A DNA stretch of 64,000 nucleotides from an uncultured Rivularia sp. (GCA_963665115.1 OY762007.1:2688001-2752000), one strand, 5' to 3'. Positions 1-11,103 are shown, counted from the first letter of the stretch. A program made the numbers and translations. The notes: generated by a model not told the origin, from the sequence alone.

Positions 1-290
1 GATTGAACGTCAAAGGATACGCTAATACGATGAGTACGCGCTTGTTGCATGACACTATGAGGAAAGTAACCGCAATTAAATACGATTTGAGGATGTTCCA
101 AAGGACCATAATGTCCTCTTTCACCTGCTAAAAGACGTTTAATTATAATTTCACCACATTCGGATTCTGAAGGGAATTTATCGCGTTCATCATACACAAA
201 TCTATCGGTGTAATCTTGGTGCATGGCAGCATAAATGACTTGCTGCGGATTTGGTGTTTTTGTAATAACTTCTACTCTAAATCGATTCAT
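1..290 (-). CDS. thyX: FAD-dependent thymidylate synthase ThyX (5' part, runs off window edge)
   Basis: Manual translation MNRFRVEVITKTPNPQQVIYAAMHQDY...GHYGPLEHPQIVFN...VMQQARTHRISVSFDVQS; GHxxxLEH and RTHR...S motifs of cyanobacterial ThyX. Confidence 0.9.
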   Translation of the reverse strand, partial: MNRFRVEVITKTPNPQQVIYAAMHQDYTDRFVYDERDKFPSESECGEIIIKRLLAGERGHYGPLEHPQIVFNCGYFPHSVMQQARTHRISVSFDVQ

Positions 291-299
291 GTTTTAAAT

Positions 300-372
300 T
301 GGGAATTGGGGATTGGGGATTGGGGATTGGAGATAGTTAGGAGTTAAACGTTAAAAGTTAAGAATTAGGAGT
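300..372. repeat. STRR-type heptamer tandem repeats (GGGGATT / GGAGTTA)
   Basis: tggggattggggattggggattgg followed by gttaggagtta-type units. Confidence 0.75.
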
Positions 373-475
373 TACTAGCCCTTCAGAAAAGTGGGGCTTG
401 TTTTTCTACCCCTTATCATCCATCTTTTAAAATAGCTGAAAAGAGTGTTTTTTGAACCAAGGTGTAATACAAGTT

Positions 476-1057
476 ATGGTTTTAACTGCTTCTACGATGT
501 TGTCTTTAGGGACAAAGGCTCCGGATTTTCAACTACCTGATGTAGTATCGGGAGAAACTATTTCTCTTTCTACATTTACGGGCAAAAAAGCTTTATTGGT
601 GATGTTTATTTGTCGTCACTGTCCTTTTGTAAAGCACGTTCAGGACGAATTAGCGAAGTTAGGAAAGGATTATTTCCTCATGGGTTTAGGGATTGTTGCT
701 ATTAGTTCTAATGATGTTAAAAATTATCCCGATGATGCGCCGGATTTATTAAAAGCAATGGCGACAGAGTTGGATTTTAAGTTTGCTTTGTGTTACGACG
801 AAACTCAGGAAACAGCAAAAATTTATACTGCTGCTTGTACTCCGGATTTCTTTTTGTTTGATGATGAACAAAAACTTTTTTATCGCGGACAATTAGATGA
901 TAGTCGTCCAAGTAATGGTAAACCTGTAACGGGTAAAGATTTACGCAATGCTATAGATACCTTACTGGCTGGTAAGTCTTTAACTGAGGAACAACAGCCG
1001 AGTATTGGTTGCAATATTAAATGGAAACCAGGAAACGAACCGGATTATTTTGGGTAA
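476..1057 (+). CDS. Thioredoxin-family / AhpC-TSA redoxin protein
   Basis: LGTKAPDFQLPD, CRHCPFV, AACTPDFFLFD, SIGCNIKWK motifs; ATG at 476. Confidence 0.9.
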   Translation: MVLTASTMLSLGTKAPDFQLPDVVSGETISLSTFTGKKALLVMFICRHCPFVKHVQDELAKLGKDYFLMGLGIVAISSNDVKNYPDDAPDLLKAMATELDFKFALCYDETQETAKIYTAACTPDFFLFDDEQKLFYRGQLDDSRPSNGKPVTGKDLRNAIDTLLAGKSLTEEQQPSIGCNIKWKPGNEPDYFG

Positions 1058-1241
1058 AAGTTAAAGGAGTTAGGAGTTAGGGGTTAGGGGTTAGGGGTTA
1101 GGAGTTAAGAGTTAGGAGTGTGTCTGCAAGGACAAACATCTTGCTCGCGACTACATATAATCTACGAATGATTCAGAATTGACTATTAACCACTAACAAC
1201 TAACAACTAACAACCATCACCTAACCGTTAATAATTAAAAT

Positions 1242-1757
1242 TTAATTCTGAATTTCTAAATTTAATATGTAATTTCCTAGCTGAACTTTCCCAGCCCATA
1301 ATTCGTATTCAACTCTTAGGTGTTCTGGTAGAGGGCTTGCGCTTAAAGTTAGACTGCGGGTAAAGTTTCTCAGACGAATTGGCTGGTTGTTTTGCAAGGA
1401 TTCATTGGGTAGCCAGTAACGGCTCATTCCGTAAACTCCTTGCTCCCAAAAGTGTCGGTAACTTAAGTGTGGGTTGCCTTGCATTGTCATGATGACTCTG
1501 TAAGGCGATATTTCTAACCACAAAATTCTCGGACTACTTAAAACGCGAGGATTAGTTTGTGCTGTTGTAAAGAGGGCGTTTTGCGAATTTTTGGATGTCG
1601 CTTCTTGCTCGGTTTTAAGTGGGGGTGCATTCAATAATAAGTGGAAGCGCTGGCTATCTTTTTGATATAAAGTAGCGGCAGTTTCTACAACAGACTGGAC
1701 TGGTAAATCTGTTGAAATGAGTGATAAGCAAACAGGTTTGCGTTGATGAGTCAGCAT
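1242..1757 (-). CDS. Hypothetical cyanobacterial protein
   Basis: 171-aa ORF with ATG and natural composition; no recognised motif. Confidence 0.7.
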   Translation of the reverse strand: MLTHQRKPVCLSLISTDLPVQSVVETAATLYQKDSQRFHLLLNAPPLKTEQEATSKNSQNALFTTAQTNPRVLSSPRILWLEISPYRVIMTMQGNPHLSYRHFWEQGVYGMSRYWLPNESLQNNQPIRLRNFTRSLTLSASPLPEHLRVEYELWAGKVQLGNYILNLEIQN

Positions 1758-1910
1758 GGGAGGGATAGATTCGGGATTGATTGGATAAAATCAAACAATG
1801 TTGGTGTTAGCTATGCGGAGTTTAGCGGTAGGATACTAGCGAGGAAGTTTATACATAAGCCTTTTGTTTTTATATAACTTTCCCGTACAGTCACACGCCA
1901 GTTTATCCTA

Positions 1911-3257
1911 ATGTCGGCTTCTGTTATAACCGTAGAAATTAAACAAAACCTGCCCCACAAGTTGGTTGTTCGACGACCAAAGTCGGGGCTTTCTTTAAAT
2001 GGTAAGATTCGAGTCCCTGGCGATAAATCTATATCCCATCGGGCTTTGATGCTGGGCGCACTCGCTGAAGGTGAAACCCGGATTGAAGGATTGCTTCTGG
2101 GAGAAGATCCCCGCAGTACAGCCAGCTGTTTCCAGACGATGGGAGCAGAAGTAACGGAATTGAATACAGAATTGGTACGAGTTAAAGGTATTGGTTTGGG
2201 CAATTTGCTCGAACCCGTTGATATCTTAGATGCTGGCAATTCTGGCACCACATTGCGACTGATGTTAGGTATTTTGGCATCCCATGCGGGACGTTTTTTT
2301 ACCGTAACGGGGGATAGTTCCTTACGTTCGCGTCCTATGTCTCGTGTGGTTAAACCTTTGGAACAAATGGGAGCGCAAATTTGGGGAAGAGATAATAATT
2401 CTAAAGCACCCTTAGCGGTTCGCGGACAAAACCTCAAACCGATTCACTACCATTCTCCCATAGCTTCGGCCCAAGTTAAATCTTGCGTTTTGTTAGCTGG
2501 TTTATCTGTTGAAGGTAAAACTACCGTTACCGAACCAGCGCTGTCACGCGACCATAGCGAACGAATGCTACAAGCATTTGGCGCAAAGTTAGATATTGAT
2601 ACCGAAACTAACAGCGTTAGCGTGAATGGCCCGGTGAAATTATACGGCCAAAGCGTAGTAGTACCGGGAGATATAAGTTCGGCAGCTTTTTGGCTGGTAG
2701 CTGGTGCAATTGTATCAGATTCAGAATTATTAATTGAGAATGTTGGCATTAACCCGACTCGTACTGGTGTTCTAGAAGCTTTAGAAATCATGGGGGCTGA
2801 TATTACGCAAGAAAACGAAAGAGAAGTTGCGGGGGAACCCGTAGCCGATTTAAGGGTACGTTCGAGCAAACTTAAAGGCTGCACCATCGAAGGAGACATC
2901 ATCCCAAGATTAATTGACGAAATTCCTGTCTTAGCTGTGGCGGCAGTATTTGCCGAAGGTACTACTGTAATTAAAGATGCTGCCGAATTGCGAGTTAAAG
3001 AGAGCGATCGCATTACTGTAATGGCGAATCAACTTAACTCAATGGGAGCCAAAATAAACGAATTAGACGACGGCATGGAAATCACTGGCGGTACCCCCCT
3101 TACTGGTGCCGAACTTGACAGCTTTACCGACCATCGTATTGCCATGAGTTTGGCGATCGCTGCTTTGAATGCATCGGGTACAACCACCATTAATCGTGCG
3201 GAAGCTGCATCGGTTTCTTATCCAGATTTCTTTGAAACGATCAAAAGGATTATTTAA
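1911..3257 (+). CDS. aroA: 3-phosphoshikimate 1-carboxyvinyltransferase (EPSP synthase)
   Basis: [40 protein letters not shown] motifs. Confidence 0.98.
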   Translation: MSASVITVEIKQNLPHKLVVRRPKSGLSLNGKIRVPGDKSISHRALMLGALAEGETRIEGLLLGEDPRSTASCFQTMGAEVTELNTELVRVKGIGLGNLLEPVDILDAGNSGTTLRLMLGILASHAGRFFTVTGDSSLRSRPMSRVVKPLEQMGAQIWGRDNNSKAPLAVRGQNLKPIHYHSPIASAQVKSCVLLAGLSVEGKTTVTEPALSRDHSERMLQAFGAKLDIDTETNSVSVNGPVKLYGQSVVVPGDISSAAFWLVAGAIVSDSELLIENVGINPTRTGVLEALEIMGADITQENEREVAGEPVADLRVRSSKLKGCTIEGDIIPRLIDEIPVLAVAAVFAEGTTVIKDAAELRVKESDRITVMANQLNSMGAKINELDDGMEITGGTPLTGAELDSFTDHRIAMSLAIAALNASGTTTINRAEAASVSYPDFFETIKRII

Positions 3258-3601
3258 TTAAGATGTAATAATTCTTATCCTCAGTATTGACTCAGGGTAA
3301 GAATTATTTTGAAGAAGTTTTCATTAATGTAAGAATTGGTTTAATAGCTGTTATAAATTTTTATTTTATTTATTAGTTATTTTTGTAAATCAAAATGAAG
3401 AATTATTTTAGGAATGGATATTAATTTAACTGTTAAGTTATAGGAATTTGTTTTCAACCGCCAGAGGTTGCAAACCCCTAGCTAATAGCGAAAGTCCATT
3501 TTAATGGACTAAAAATTTTTTAGATTATGAATAAATGCTTTTTATTTTTAAATTTTGGTAATAATTTATTACATATAAAATGTTAGAGATGAATTTAGAA
3601 A

Positions 3602-4312
3602 TCAAGTTACACGAAAACCAATTTGTGTACAGTAATGTTTAGCTTCTTGTTCAAGCTGTTCAATTTCATGATTCCATTGTTCAAGCTTGTTTTGGCGTTG
3701 TCGAAATTTATCTGGTGTCGGTTTTCCACCTGGTAAAGTCCCTGGGTTTGGTTGAATACCTTTTTCTTGAAGCCATTCACGACACAAAACTTGCCAAAGA
3801 TATTTATGATCGTGTGCTTCGCCACCAAGATAACGAATACGTTTAGCAGATAGATTAGAGTTACCGAAAAGAACCTGTTGATTTCTATGATTATTAGGAA
3901 ATAACCGCGTTTCGCTACCTCTCCCACGAAAAAATTCTACTACTAACCACTCACCAAAATCGAAAATGCAAACTTCTGTAATATCGCTTCCATCCTCTTG
4001 CAATAATACAATTGGGTATTTTTTAAGTATGAATTTGTTTTCATTCTGTAAATACCCACCACGGTTATTAGGTTGAAGATAGTTTTTTAACCACGAATAA
4101 AGCTGTTTTGATGGCTTTGCTTTTTTGTCCTGTGGTAATTTCTTTAATTTCGTTAAGTACTTAATCCCGTTTGCTGTTTCCCCACATTCCAAGTAAAAAT
4201 ATTTAAATAACGTGCAAATTTCGTAAGCTATGCCAACAAATAAAATAATGGCGATCGCCCAATGAAACGGTGTATCTTGCCAAACTATTTTCCAGACATT
4301 TGCTAAATTCAT
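3602..4312 (-). pseudogene. Probable chimeric remnant: N-terminal TM segment (ZorA/MotA-like start) fused to an EH_Signature-like C-terminus
   Basis: N-terminal hydrophobic helix; abrupt switch at YPIVLL|QEDGSD to EVCIFDFGEWLVVEFFRGRGSETRLF, resembling the C-terminus of EH-signature proteins (recognised from memory). Confidence 0.45.
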
Positions 4313-4339
4313 GCAGCACCCCTTTTTTGATTATTTCGT

Positions 4340-4684
4340 TTACTTATGGCTAAATTTATTTATTTCTTCGGGTAAAAGAATCTCGTTTGTGACTCTTACG
4401 GGTAAATGATCCGCATCTTCGTATTTATCTACAGATTCTCGCAGCCGTAAGCCAAATTGTGGCTCACCTTCAGCCTGATAATCAATAGCTAAATAAACAT
4501 CGTTTGGTGCATAACTACGTAACAAACGCACCTGCAAACAGCTTTTTAAATCCCGCGATGAAGTAGATAGCGATGATTCCTTTCCGTATAAATTCCTTGC
4601 AACTTTCCATGCACAATTGATTGCTTTAATTTGCGTCACTAATTCTCTTAGTGAAGGATAAAGGAATTCATTGATATCACCCAT
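4340..4684 (-). CDS. Hypothetical protein
   Basis: 114-aa ORF, co-oriented with and just upstream of 3602..4312. Confidence 0.6.
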   Translation of the reverse strand: MGDINEFLYPSLRELVTQIKAINCAWKVARNLYGKESSLSTSSRDLKSCLQVRLLRSYAPNDVYLAIDYQAEGEPQFGLRLRESVDKYEDADHLPVRVTNEILLPEEINKFSHK

Positions 4685-4908
4685 TTTTTATAAAATTTTT
4701 ATATTTGCTTCTAGTTATATAGTTCCCAGAAAAGGCTCAAAAATTAACTAATGTTGATAAAGAATGGCAATTGACTCAAAAAATCATGAAAAAAAGTGGT
4801 TGAAACTCTTTTAATTCAGCGCGAGATTTAGAGAGATATCAATATTTATCACTTTCATAACATTGATTAAGGAAAGGTTAGTGAGAATTTAGAAGTATAA
4901 CTAAATAT

Positions 4909-5289
4909 TTAATTAATCAAATTGTCTATATACTCACACACACCTTCAAAGTTTTTGAAAACTTGCTGATTTGTAAATCTAATTACTTGAAGTCCATAAC
5001 CTTGTAATATTAATGTTCTTTGTGAATCGTAAATTTTGGCTTCGTCTGTAAAATGGGTTTCACCATCAATTTCAATTACTAATTTTAACTTGGCACAATA
5101 AAAGTCTACTATAAAATTATCAATAGGTCTTTGTCGTAAAAATCTAATTTTTAATGTTTTTAAATAGTTGTTCCACAGCTTTTTTTCTGCTGGAGTCATG
5201 TTTTTTCGTAGTTCTTTTGCTTTTTCTATAAGTTTTGGGTTATAGGGTAAATGGTAAGCTGTTTTGATAAAGTTTTGCTCTCTCGTCAT
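4909..5289 (-). CDS. DUF559 (Vsr-like) endonuclease domain protein
   Basis: AKELRKNMTPAEKKLW, RQRPIDNFIVDFYC, LVIEIDGETH, VIRFTN. Confidence 0.92.
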   Translation of the reverse strand: MTREQNFIKTAYHLPYNPKLIEKAKELRKNMTPAEKKLWNNYLKTLKIRFLRQRPIDNFIVDFYCAKLKLVIEIDGETHFTDEAKIYDSQRTLILQGYGLQVIRFTNQQVFKNFEGVCEYIDNLIN

Positions 5290-5305
5290 TGCTCAATTCT
5301 CGGTA

Positions 5306-5506
5306 AGATCCCCCCTAACCCCCCTTTTTAAGGGGGGGAATGGAGTGTTTTTTGTAAACACAATATAAATATGTATTTTTTTTACAACCACAGTAAATTC
5401 ACTATTAATAAAAAAAGCCCCCCTTAAATAAGAGGGGTTGGGGGGATCTCACTACGATTGAAGCTAAAAAAAAGCCCCCCTTAAATAAGGGGGGTTGGGG
5501 GGATCT
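5306..5506. repeat. Three copies of a C/G-rich palindromic dispersed repeat (AGATCCCCCC-AACCCCC-TTA...GGGGG)
   Basis: 5306-5338 in one orientation; 5411-5449 and 5466-5506 in the opposite orientation. Confidence 0.8.
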
Positions 5507-5510
5507 GGAT

Positions 5511-6830
5511 CTACCGATAATCTTGCCGCTGAATATCTCTCAATCTCGCGGCATCTCTCATTCCATAATCTGCACGAGCAAACCGATCTAACTGCATTTC
5601 AAAAAAGTCGCGATTCGCTTGTAAATGTTCGGGATTCTCATCATCTAAAGGATACAAAAGAGCAGTACGTAATGCTTGAATTACTGCCGATGTTACGTTA
5701 TACATCGAACGCTGAAAAGTAATTCCCAACTGAATTAACATATCATCTTGGCTGCGACAATATTTTTGATAATAATCAACTAAATATTGGGGTAAAAAAT
5801 GCATCATATCCTGCATTAATAATGTTGGGGGAATTCCTGCTGTACCAATAGGAAATACGTCAGCATAAAGAATTCCGTAATGAAAATCTGTTTGTTCTGA
5901 AGGTACTTGTTTTGCTTGAGCGTTATAAGATTTTGTCCCCCGGAAAGGAGAAGTACGATAAAAGATTGCCTCTACATAAGGTAGCGCTGCTTCATATAAC
6001 CATACAAAACCTTTTGATTTGGGAATTACTTCATAACACTCTTTGCCAACATAAACATGATGATAAATCGGACGACCTGCAACTGCAAAAATACCGTTAA
6101 CTAAAAAATCCATTGCTTCTGGTACGGTTGTCAGCTTTCCTTCGTCATACATATCCGACATTTCAAAGAAAACTGGTGCCATTACTTCCCAAAATAAACC
6201 CAAATTGGAATAATAAGAAGCTTGACGACACTGCTCTAAAAACATATCTGGGAATAGTTTATAGAGCAACTGCATCGGGGGATTGCCTTTAAAATAAGCT
6301 TTGATTGCTCTATGTGCATTTTGCTTATATTCTTCGGTGTCTAGATAATCATCAAACTTACCTAAACCCATATCTTTACCGTGCCAAAGCATAGCTCGCA
6401 TACAGGCTTCGGCAAATTCCATGTTGATTCTGTCATGAAATAGATGATGCCAGAACTTTGGCATTTCAGTAGTTTCGCCTTTTTCTATAAATTCTAAAAG
6501 TTCGGGATGTGCTTTCGCCGTACCGCGCCAAACTCTTAAATCGGCATCATCGCCAGCATAGTGATTATGTCGTTGCAAATACTCTTTGGGTAGGAAATAT
6601 TTAAAAAAGGGAAAAGGATTTAAAAATTCTCTTTCAGCAATATAAAGTAAATCGCGCCAATAAAAATCCATCGGTACGGCATATGCTTTATAAATACCGA
6701 TAATTTGCATCAAGTTATCTGGGTTATCAGGTAACATTGAGCCGCCTGCTTCTAAGCGGTGAATTATTTCTGCAAATTCGTGAGTTGATGGCGGTAGTTT
6801 TGCTGTTGTTTTATCGGGTGTTTGTACCAT
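5511..6830 (-). CDS. cupA: CO2 hydration protein CupA (ChpY)
   Basis: RLEAGGSMLPD, YAVPMDFYWRDL, PFRGTKSYNAQA, GTAGIPPTLLMQDM; downstream of ndhF3-ndhD3. Confidence 0.95.
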   Translation of the reverse strand: MVQTPDKTTAKLPPSTHEFAEIIHRLEAGGSMLPDNPDNLMQIIGIYKAYAVPMDFYWRDLLYIAEREFLNPFPFFKYFLPKEYLQRHNHYAGDDADLRVWRGTAKAHPELLEFIEKGETTEMPKFWHHLFHDRINMEFAEACMRAMLWHGKDMGLGKFDDYLDTEEYKQNAHRAIKAYFKGNPPMQLLYKLFPDMFLEQCRQASYYSNLGLFWEVMAPVFFEMSDMYDEGKLTTVPEAMDFLVNGIFAVAGRPIYHHVYVGKECYEVIPKSKGFVWLYEAALPYVEAIFYRTSPFRGTKSYNAQAKQVPSEQTDFHYGILYADVFPIGTAGIPPTLLMQDMMHFLPQYLVDYYQKYCRSQDDMLIQLGITFQRSMYNVTSAVIQALRTALLYPLDDENPEHLQANRDFFEMQLDRFARADYGMRDAARLRDIQRQDYR

Positions 6831-6912
6831 TTTTAGTTATTAGTTGATAGTGGTTAGTTGTTGTTGATTAATTGTTTTTATTATTTATTTTTTTGGATAT
6901 TGTTGAGTAAAA

Positions 6913-7065
6913 AAACCGCAGAGACGCAGCGTTAGCGGCTAGCGAAGCGTACCGTAGGTATTGCGTGTCCGTAAGGACATACAGTGTAGTCTTGGGGGGG
7001 GGTTTCCCCCATGTAAGCGGAGCTTTCTCGTAGAGTACAACTTTTCAAGAGAGAGAGCGCAGAGG
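6913..7065. repeat. Nested pile of small dispersed repeats inside an AACCGCAGAGACGC..AGAGCGCAGAGG repeat
   Basis: Uninterrupted host repeat at ~10960-10988 (reverse complement); here it is split by SDR-like inserts at 6932-6980 (with an inner copy at 6939-6962) and ~7014-7037. Confidence 0.75.
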
Positions 7066-7173
7066 AAGAAGGGTAAGGAGATAAGGGATAGTCCAAAATC
7101 TAAAATTTTCTAACTCCTAACTACTTACTCCTAACTACTTACTCCTAACTACTTACTACTCCCTACTCCCTTT

Positions 7174-8676
7174 TTATTTATTTAGCGCTACTTGTGGAGT
7201 TAAGTTTTTTTGAATAGCAGGAACATGGGCAACCATTTGAGTAGTTGTGGGTTCGCTCCAACGCACTAACCAAGTGGGTTGTAATCCCAAAAGTACAATT
7301 ACACCTGCTAAAATAAATGCTGGCATTTTCTCGTGCCAGAAAACTTTGGGATAGTAAGCTAAGTCGTTGTCGAGTTTGCCGAAACAGGTACGGTTAAGCA
7401 GAATTACGAAGTAAACCGCTGTTAAACCCGTAGCGACGACACATAATATTGTTTGAATCGGAAAGACGGGAAAGCTACCTTGGAATGCAATAAATTCCGC
7501 TATAAACCCGGTCATACCGGGAATTCCAGCGCTAGCCATACCACCTAACACCAGTAAAGCGCTAATAACTGGTAAACCTCGTACTGGACTCATTAAACCA
7601 TTAAGCTTATCTAATTCGCGGGTTCCAACTTTGGCTTCTACAACTCCTACTAAATGGAAAAGAATAGCCAAAATTACACCGTGGCTGAACATTTGGGAAA
7701 CCGCACCCACTAACGCTAATGGTGTACTTGCAGCGGCTGCTAACAGGATGTAGCCCATGTGACCGATAGAACTATATGCCACCATCCGCTTGATATCTTT
7801 TTGCGCGATCGCCGTTACTGCCCCATACATGGCGCTGATGGCTCCCCAAATTGCCAGAGTTGGAGCAAAACTACTCCAAGCGTCGGGGAATAAACCCAAT
7901 CCAAACCTTAATAAACCGTAGGTTCCCAGTTTTGCTAAAACTCCACCCAAAAGAATCGCCACGGGTGTGTTTGCTTCTACATAAGCATCGGGCAACCATG
8001 TATGTAAAGGTATTAAAGGTATTTTTATACCAAACCCTAGTACTATTCCCGCTAGTAAAATTATTTGCAACGTTGCAGATAAAGTTTGAGTAGAAATAGC
8101 ATCATAATCGAAACTAGAGGAACCGGAAAGCCAAGTTATACCCAAGAAACTTGCTAAAATTAAAGCTCCAGAAACAGCCGTATAGATCAGGAATTTGATA
8201 CCCGCGTAACTACGTTTTTTTCCACCCCAAATCGAAATTAACAGATAAAACGGAATTAATTCAAGTTCGTAAAATAGGAAGAATAGCAGTAGATTCTGGG
8301 CTGCGAATGCACCTGCAACCCCACCGCTGACGAGTAGAATTAAAGAATAAAAAAGTCGGGGACGTTCAGTTTCTTTACTGCTAGTGTAAATAGCAATCCA
8401 GGTGAGGAGACTATTTAACAACAACATTAATATTGAAAGTCCATCAACACCTAATTTATAGCTTAAACCGAGAGTTTCATTCCAAGGAAGATATTCCTGT
8501 AACTGAATACTTGGATTATTGATATCAAATTGGAATAATATCAGCAGATTCCAAACAAGAGTAATTCCTGCAATTAATGCAGCACCCAAACGAATTCGAT
8601 TACTAGGAATTTTGGCGGGTAGCAAAGCAATTATCGCCGCTCCCCAAATAGGTATCCAAATTAAAGCGCTGATCAT
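7174..8676 (-). CDS. ndhD3: NDH-1 subunit NdhD3 (high-affinity CO2 uptake)
   Basis: NuoM-like membrane protein (PLHTWLPDAYVEA, KRMVAYSSIGHMG) between ndhF and cupA. Confidence 0.93.
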   Translation of the reverse strand: MISALIWIPIWGAAIIALLPAKIPSNRIRLGAALIAGITLVWNLLILFQFDINNPSIQLQEYLPWNETLGLSYKLGVDGLSILMLLLNSLLTWIAIYTSSKETERPRLFYSLILLVSGGVAGAFAAQNLLLFFLFYELELIPFYLLISIWGGKKRSYAGIKFLIYTAVSGALILASFLGITWLSGSSSFDYDAISTQTLSATLQIILLAGIVLGFGIKIPLIPLHTWLPDAYVEANTPVAILLGGVLAKLGTYGLLRFGLGLFPDAWSSFAPTLAIWGAISAMYGAVTAIAQKDIKRMVAYSSIGHMGYILLAAAASTPLALVGAVSQMFSHGVILAILFHLVGVVEAKVGTRELDKLNGLMSPVRGLPVISALLVLGGMASAGIPGMTGFIAEFIAFQGSFPVFPIQTILCVVATGLTAVYFVILLNRTCFGKLDNDLAYYPKVFWHEKMPAFILAGVIVLLGLQPTWLVRWSEPTTTQMVAHVPAIQKNLTPQVALNK

Positions 8677-8765
8677 AATTAGTTATTGGTGATAATTGGT
8701 AATTGGTAATTGGTAATTGGTAATTGGTAATTGGGCATTGATAACTACTCGCTGTTCACTGTTCG

Positions 8766-10634
8766 CTAATGACCGATCGCTGTTAACTGTAAAAACTCAT
8801 TTCCCCAATATTGCCAGGTAACAATCATTCCTAAAAGACCGACTCCTAAAAGTACGGTGAACATATAAAATTGAGTTTGTCCGCTGTTGCTGTATTTTAA
8901 ATTTTCACCGCCACCAAGGGATATTAAGCCAACTAAATTAACGATGCCATCAACCACAAAGCGGTCAACCATATCTGTTAATTTTGAAAGTAGATCGACA
9001 CCTAAAACAATACTTCCTCTGTATAGCCTTGGCGTATAAAAGTCATTAGCAAACAAGTCTTGTAAACCTTTCCAAGGGAAGCGCACGGGTTTGGGAATAT
9101 TGCCTAAATAAATCACTCCACCAATGCTACAACCGAAAATACTCGACCAAATTAATAACAGTGCAACATCTTGATTTACAGTTGCCCAAGTTGGTAAAAG
9201 CGATAAATTTTGCAATATTAAAGGCAGATGTAACACTAAACCAAATAAAATCATCATTGGTAGAGTCATTTGCCAGCTAACTTCGGGAGAACGTGCGCTC
9301 ATTGGTTTAGGTTTACCGCCCCAAACCAAGCCAAATTCTCTAGTTAAACTTACTGCTGTTAAAGCATTGACGGCTACTATTACTCCTACTAACCAAGGTT
9401 GCGTTGTCCATAACTGGGAAGCTAATTCTAGTAAAGCCCAAAAGCTACCTAAAGGTGGAAACGCAATTAGCCCCAAAAGCCCTACTATATAAGCGATTCC
9501 CGATATCGGACGACGCGACCACAATCCACCCAACTGCGTGATATCTTGAGTAATGCTGTTCCAAACGATTGTCCCCGTACTCATGACTAACAAAGCCGTA
9601 GCGCAAGCATGAGTAAGTACTAATAACAGCGCCGCTTCATTATGTTGCGTCCCTACAGCGATGAACACCAAACCCATATAGGTACTGACTGAATATGATA
9701 AACAGCGTTTGATATCAATTTGCGCGATCGCAATTAACGAACCACCAACCGCACTTACAACACCAATCCCTACCATTGCACTTGAAGCGATCGGCGATAA
9801 ATTCAAAACTGGTTGTAGTTTAATTAATACCCAAGCACCGCTCGCGACAACTACCGAATTCCGCAAAATGGTACTGGGAATCGGTCCTTCCATCGCTTCA
9901 TCCAACCATAAATGCAAGGGAAACTGAGCGCATTTACCCATCGGGCCAGTAATTAATGCTAAACATACTAACGTTATTACTGTCGGATCGACGTTAGCGC
10001 TAGCAGCCCATTCTGCTAAATCGTTGTAATTCCAGGTTCCAGTCAAAGGATATATTGCCAATACCCCCATCAACAAAAATAAATCTCCTATCCTTTTGGT
10101 TAAAAAAGCATCTCTAGCACCCGTCACCACCAAAGGCTGACTGAACCACAAACCAACTAATAAGTAAGTTCCTAAAGTTAAAACTTCCAGAATTACATAG
10201 CTAAAAAACAAGTTATTAGTTAAAGCTAGAGCGCATAAACCAGCTTCAAATAAACCGAGTAAGGAATAAAAGCGTCCCCAACCCCAATCCATTTCCATGT
10301 AACCGATAGCGTAAATCTGAGCTAATAAATTTAAGCCAGAAATTACGGTCATCGCTGCAACACTAATAGCAGATATTTCTAAATCTATGGATAACCTTAA
10401 ACCCGCAGTTTCCAACCAAGGTATAAATACTTCATAAGCTGGTTGATTCCAACTGATTGACAATGCAACCAAACTATGAGTGAACGCCAAAAACGTCATA
10501 ATTAAATTGAGATAACCCGCTGGTCTTGGCCCCGTTTTCCTAATAATTCCCGGCGACCAAGGGATAGCTAAAAGCCCGCCAATTAGGGAATATATAGGTA
10601 CTAACCAAACTGAATCTAGCAGAAATTGCGCCAT
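8766..10634 (-). CDS. ndhF3: NDH-1 subunit NdhF3
   Basis: PWSPGIIRKTGPRPAGY, GKCAQFPLHLWLDEAMEGP; first gene of the ndhF-ndhD-cup cluster. Confidence 0.93.
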   Translation of the reverse strand: MAQFLLDSVWLVPIYSLIGGLLAIPWSPGIIRKTGPRPAGYLNLIMTFLAFTHSLVALSISWNQPAYEVFIPWLETAGLRLSIDLEISAISVAAMTVISGLNLLAQIYAIGYMEMDWGWGRFYSLLGLFEAGLCALALTNNLFFSYVILEVLTLGTYLLVGLWFSQPLVVTGARDAFLTKRIGDLFLLMGVLAIYPLTGTWNYNDLAEWAASANVDPTVITLVCLALITGPMGKCAQFPLHLWLDEAMEGPIPSTILRNSVVVASGAWVLIKLQPVLNLSPIASSAMVGIGVVSAVGGSLIAIAQIDIKRCLSYSVSTYMGLVFIAVGTQHNEAALLLVLTHACATALLVMSTGTIVWNSITQDITQLGGLWSRRPISGIAYIVGLLGLIAFPPLGSFWALLELASQLWTTQPWLVGVIVAVNALTAVSLTREFGLVWGGKPKPMSARSPEVSWQMTLPMMILFGLVLHLPLILQNLSLLPTWATVNQDVALLLIWSSIFGCSIGGVIYLGNIPKPVRFPWKGLQDLFANDFYTPRLYRGSIVLGVDLLSKLTDMVDRFVVDGIVNLVGLISLGGGENLKYSNSGQTQFYMFTVLLGVGLLGMIVTWQYWGNEFLQLTAIGH

Positions 10635-11103
10635 TTATTAACCTCTAAAAAATCATTAATATAAAATACGGCTATAGATTAATAACTAATAACCGTCTTG
10701 TGAAAATAGTATTTATAAAAATCAGTAAGATTAATATTTTGTAATCTTTCTTATTTATATATAGATTAGCCTTATATGCTTCAAAAAGGAATCACTTTGC
10801 TAGATAATTAAGCGATGTTAAGTCTAAGTAATTCTTATAGTTGTTATTGTAATCGTATCCATAGATTTTTGTCTATACTAAGTAATCGCTCGACGAGGAA
10901 TGCAATTACCCACTCCTACTCTCTTCTCGCTTTAAGATTACCTATCTCTTTAACTCTTTCCTCTGCGCTCTCCGCGTCTCTGCGGTTTTTAAATCGGTAA
11001 TCTTCTGACGGAATAGGAGTAAGCACAAATCATCTGAAGATTACTGTTTTATTTATTAGTACGGATACTGCCGTCTGACATTATTGTATTATAAAAAATT
11101 GCT

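Noticed and set aside
1811..3013. Minus-strand ORFs of 208 and 188 aa
   Set aside because: Antisense shadows of aroA
10660..10820. NdhR/CcmR operator (ATAG-N8-CTAT) upstream of ndhF3
   Set aside because: Only imperfect matches in very AT-rich DNA; cannot be supported from sequence alone
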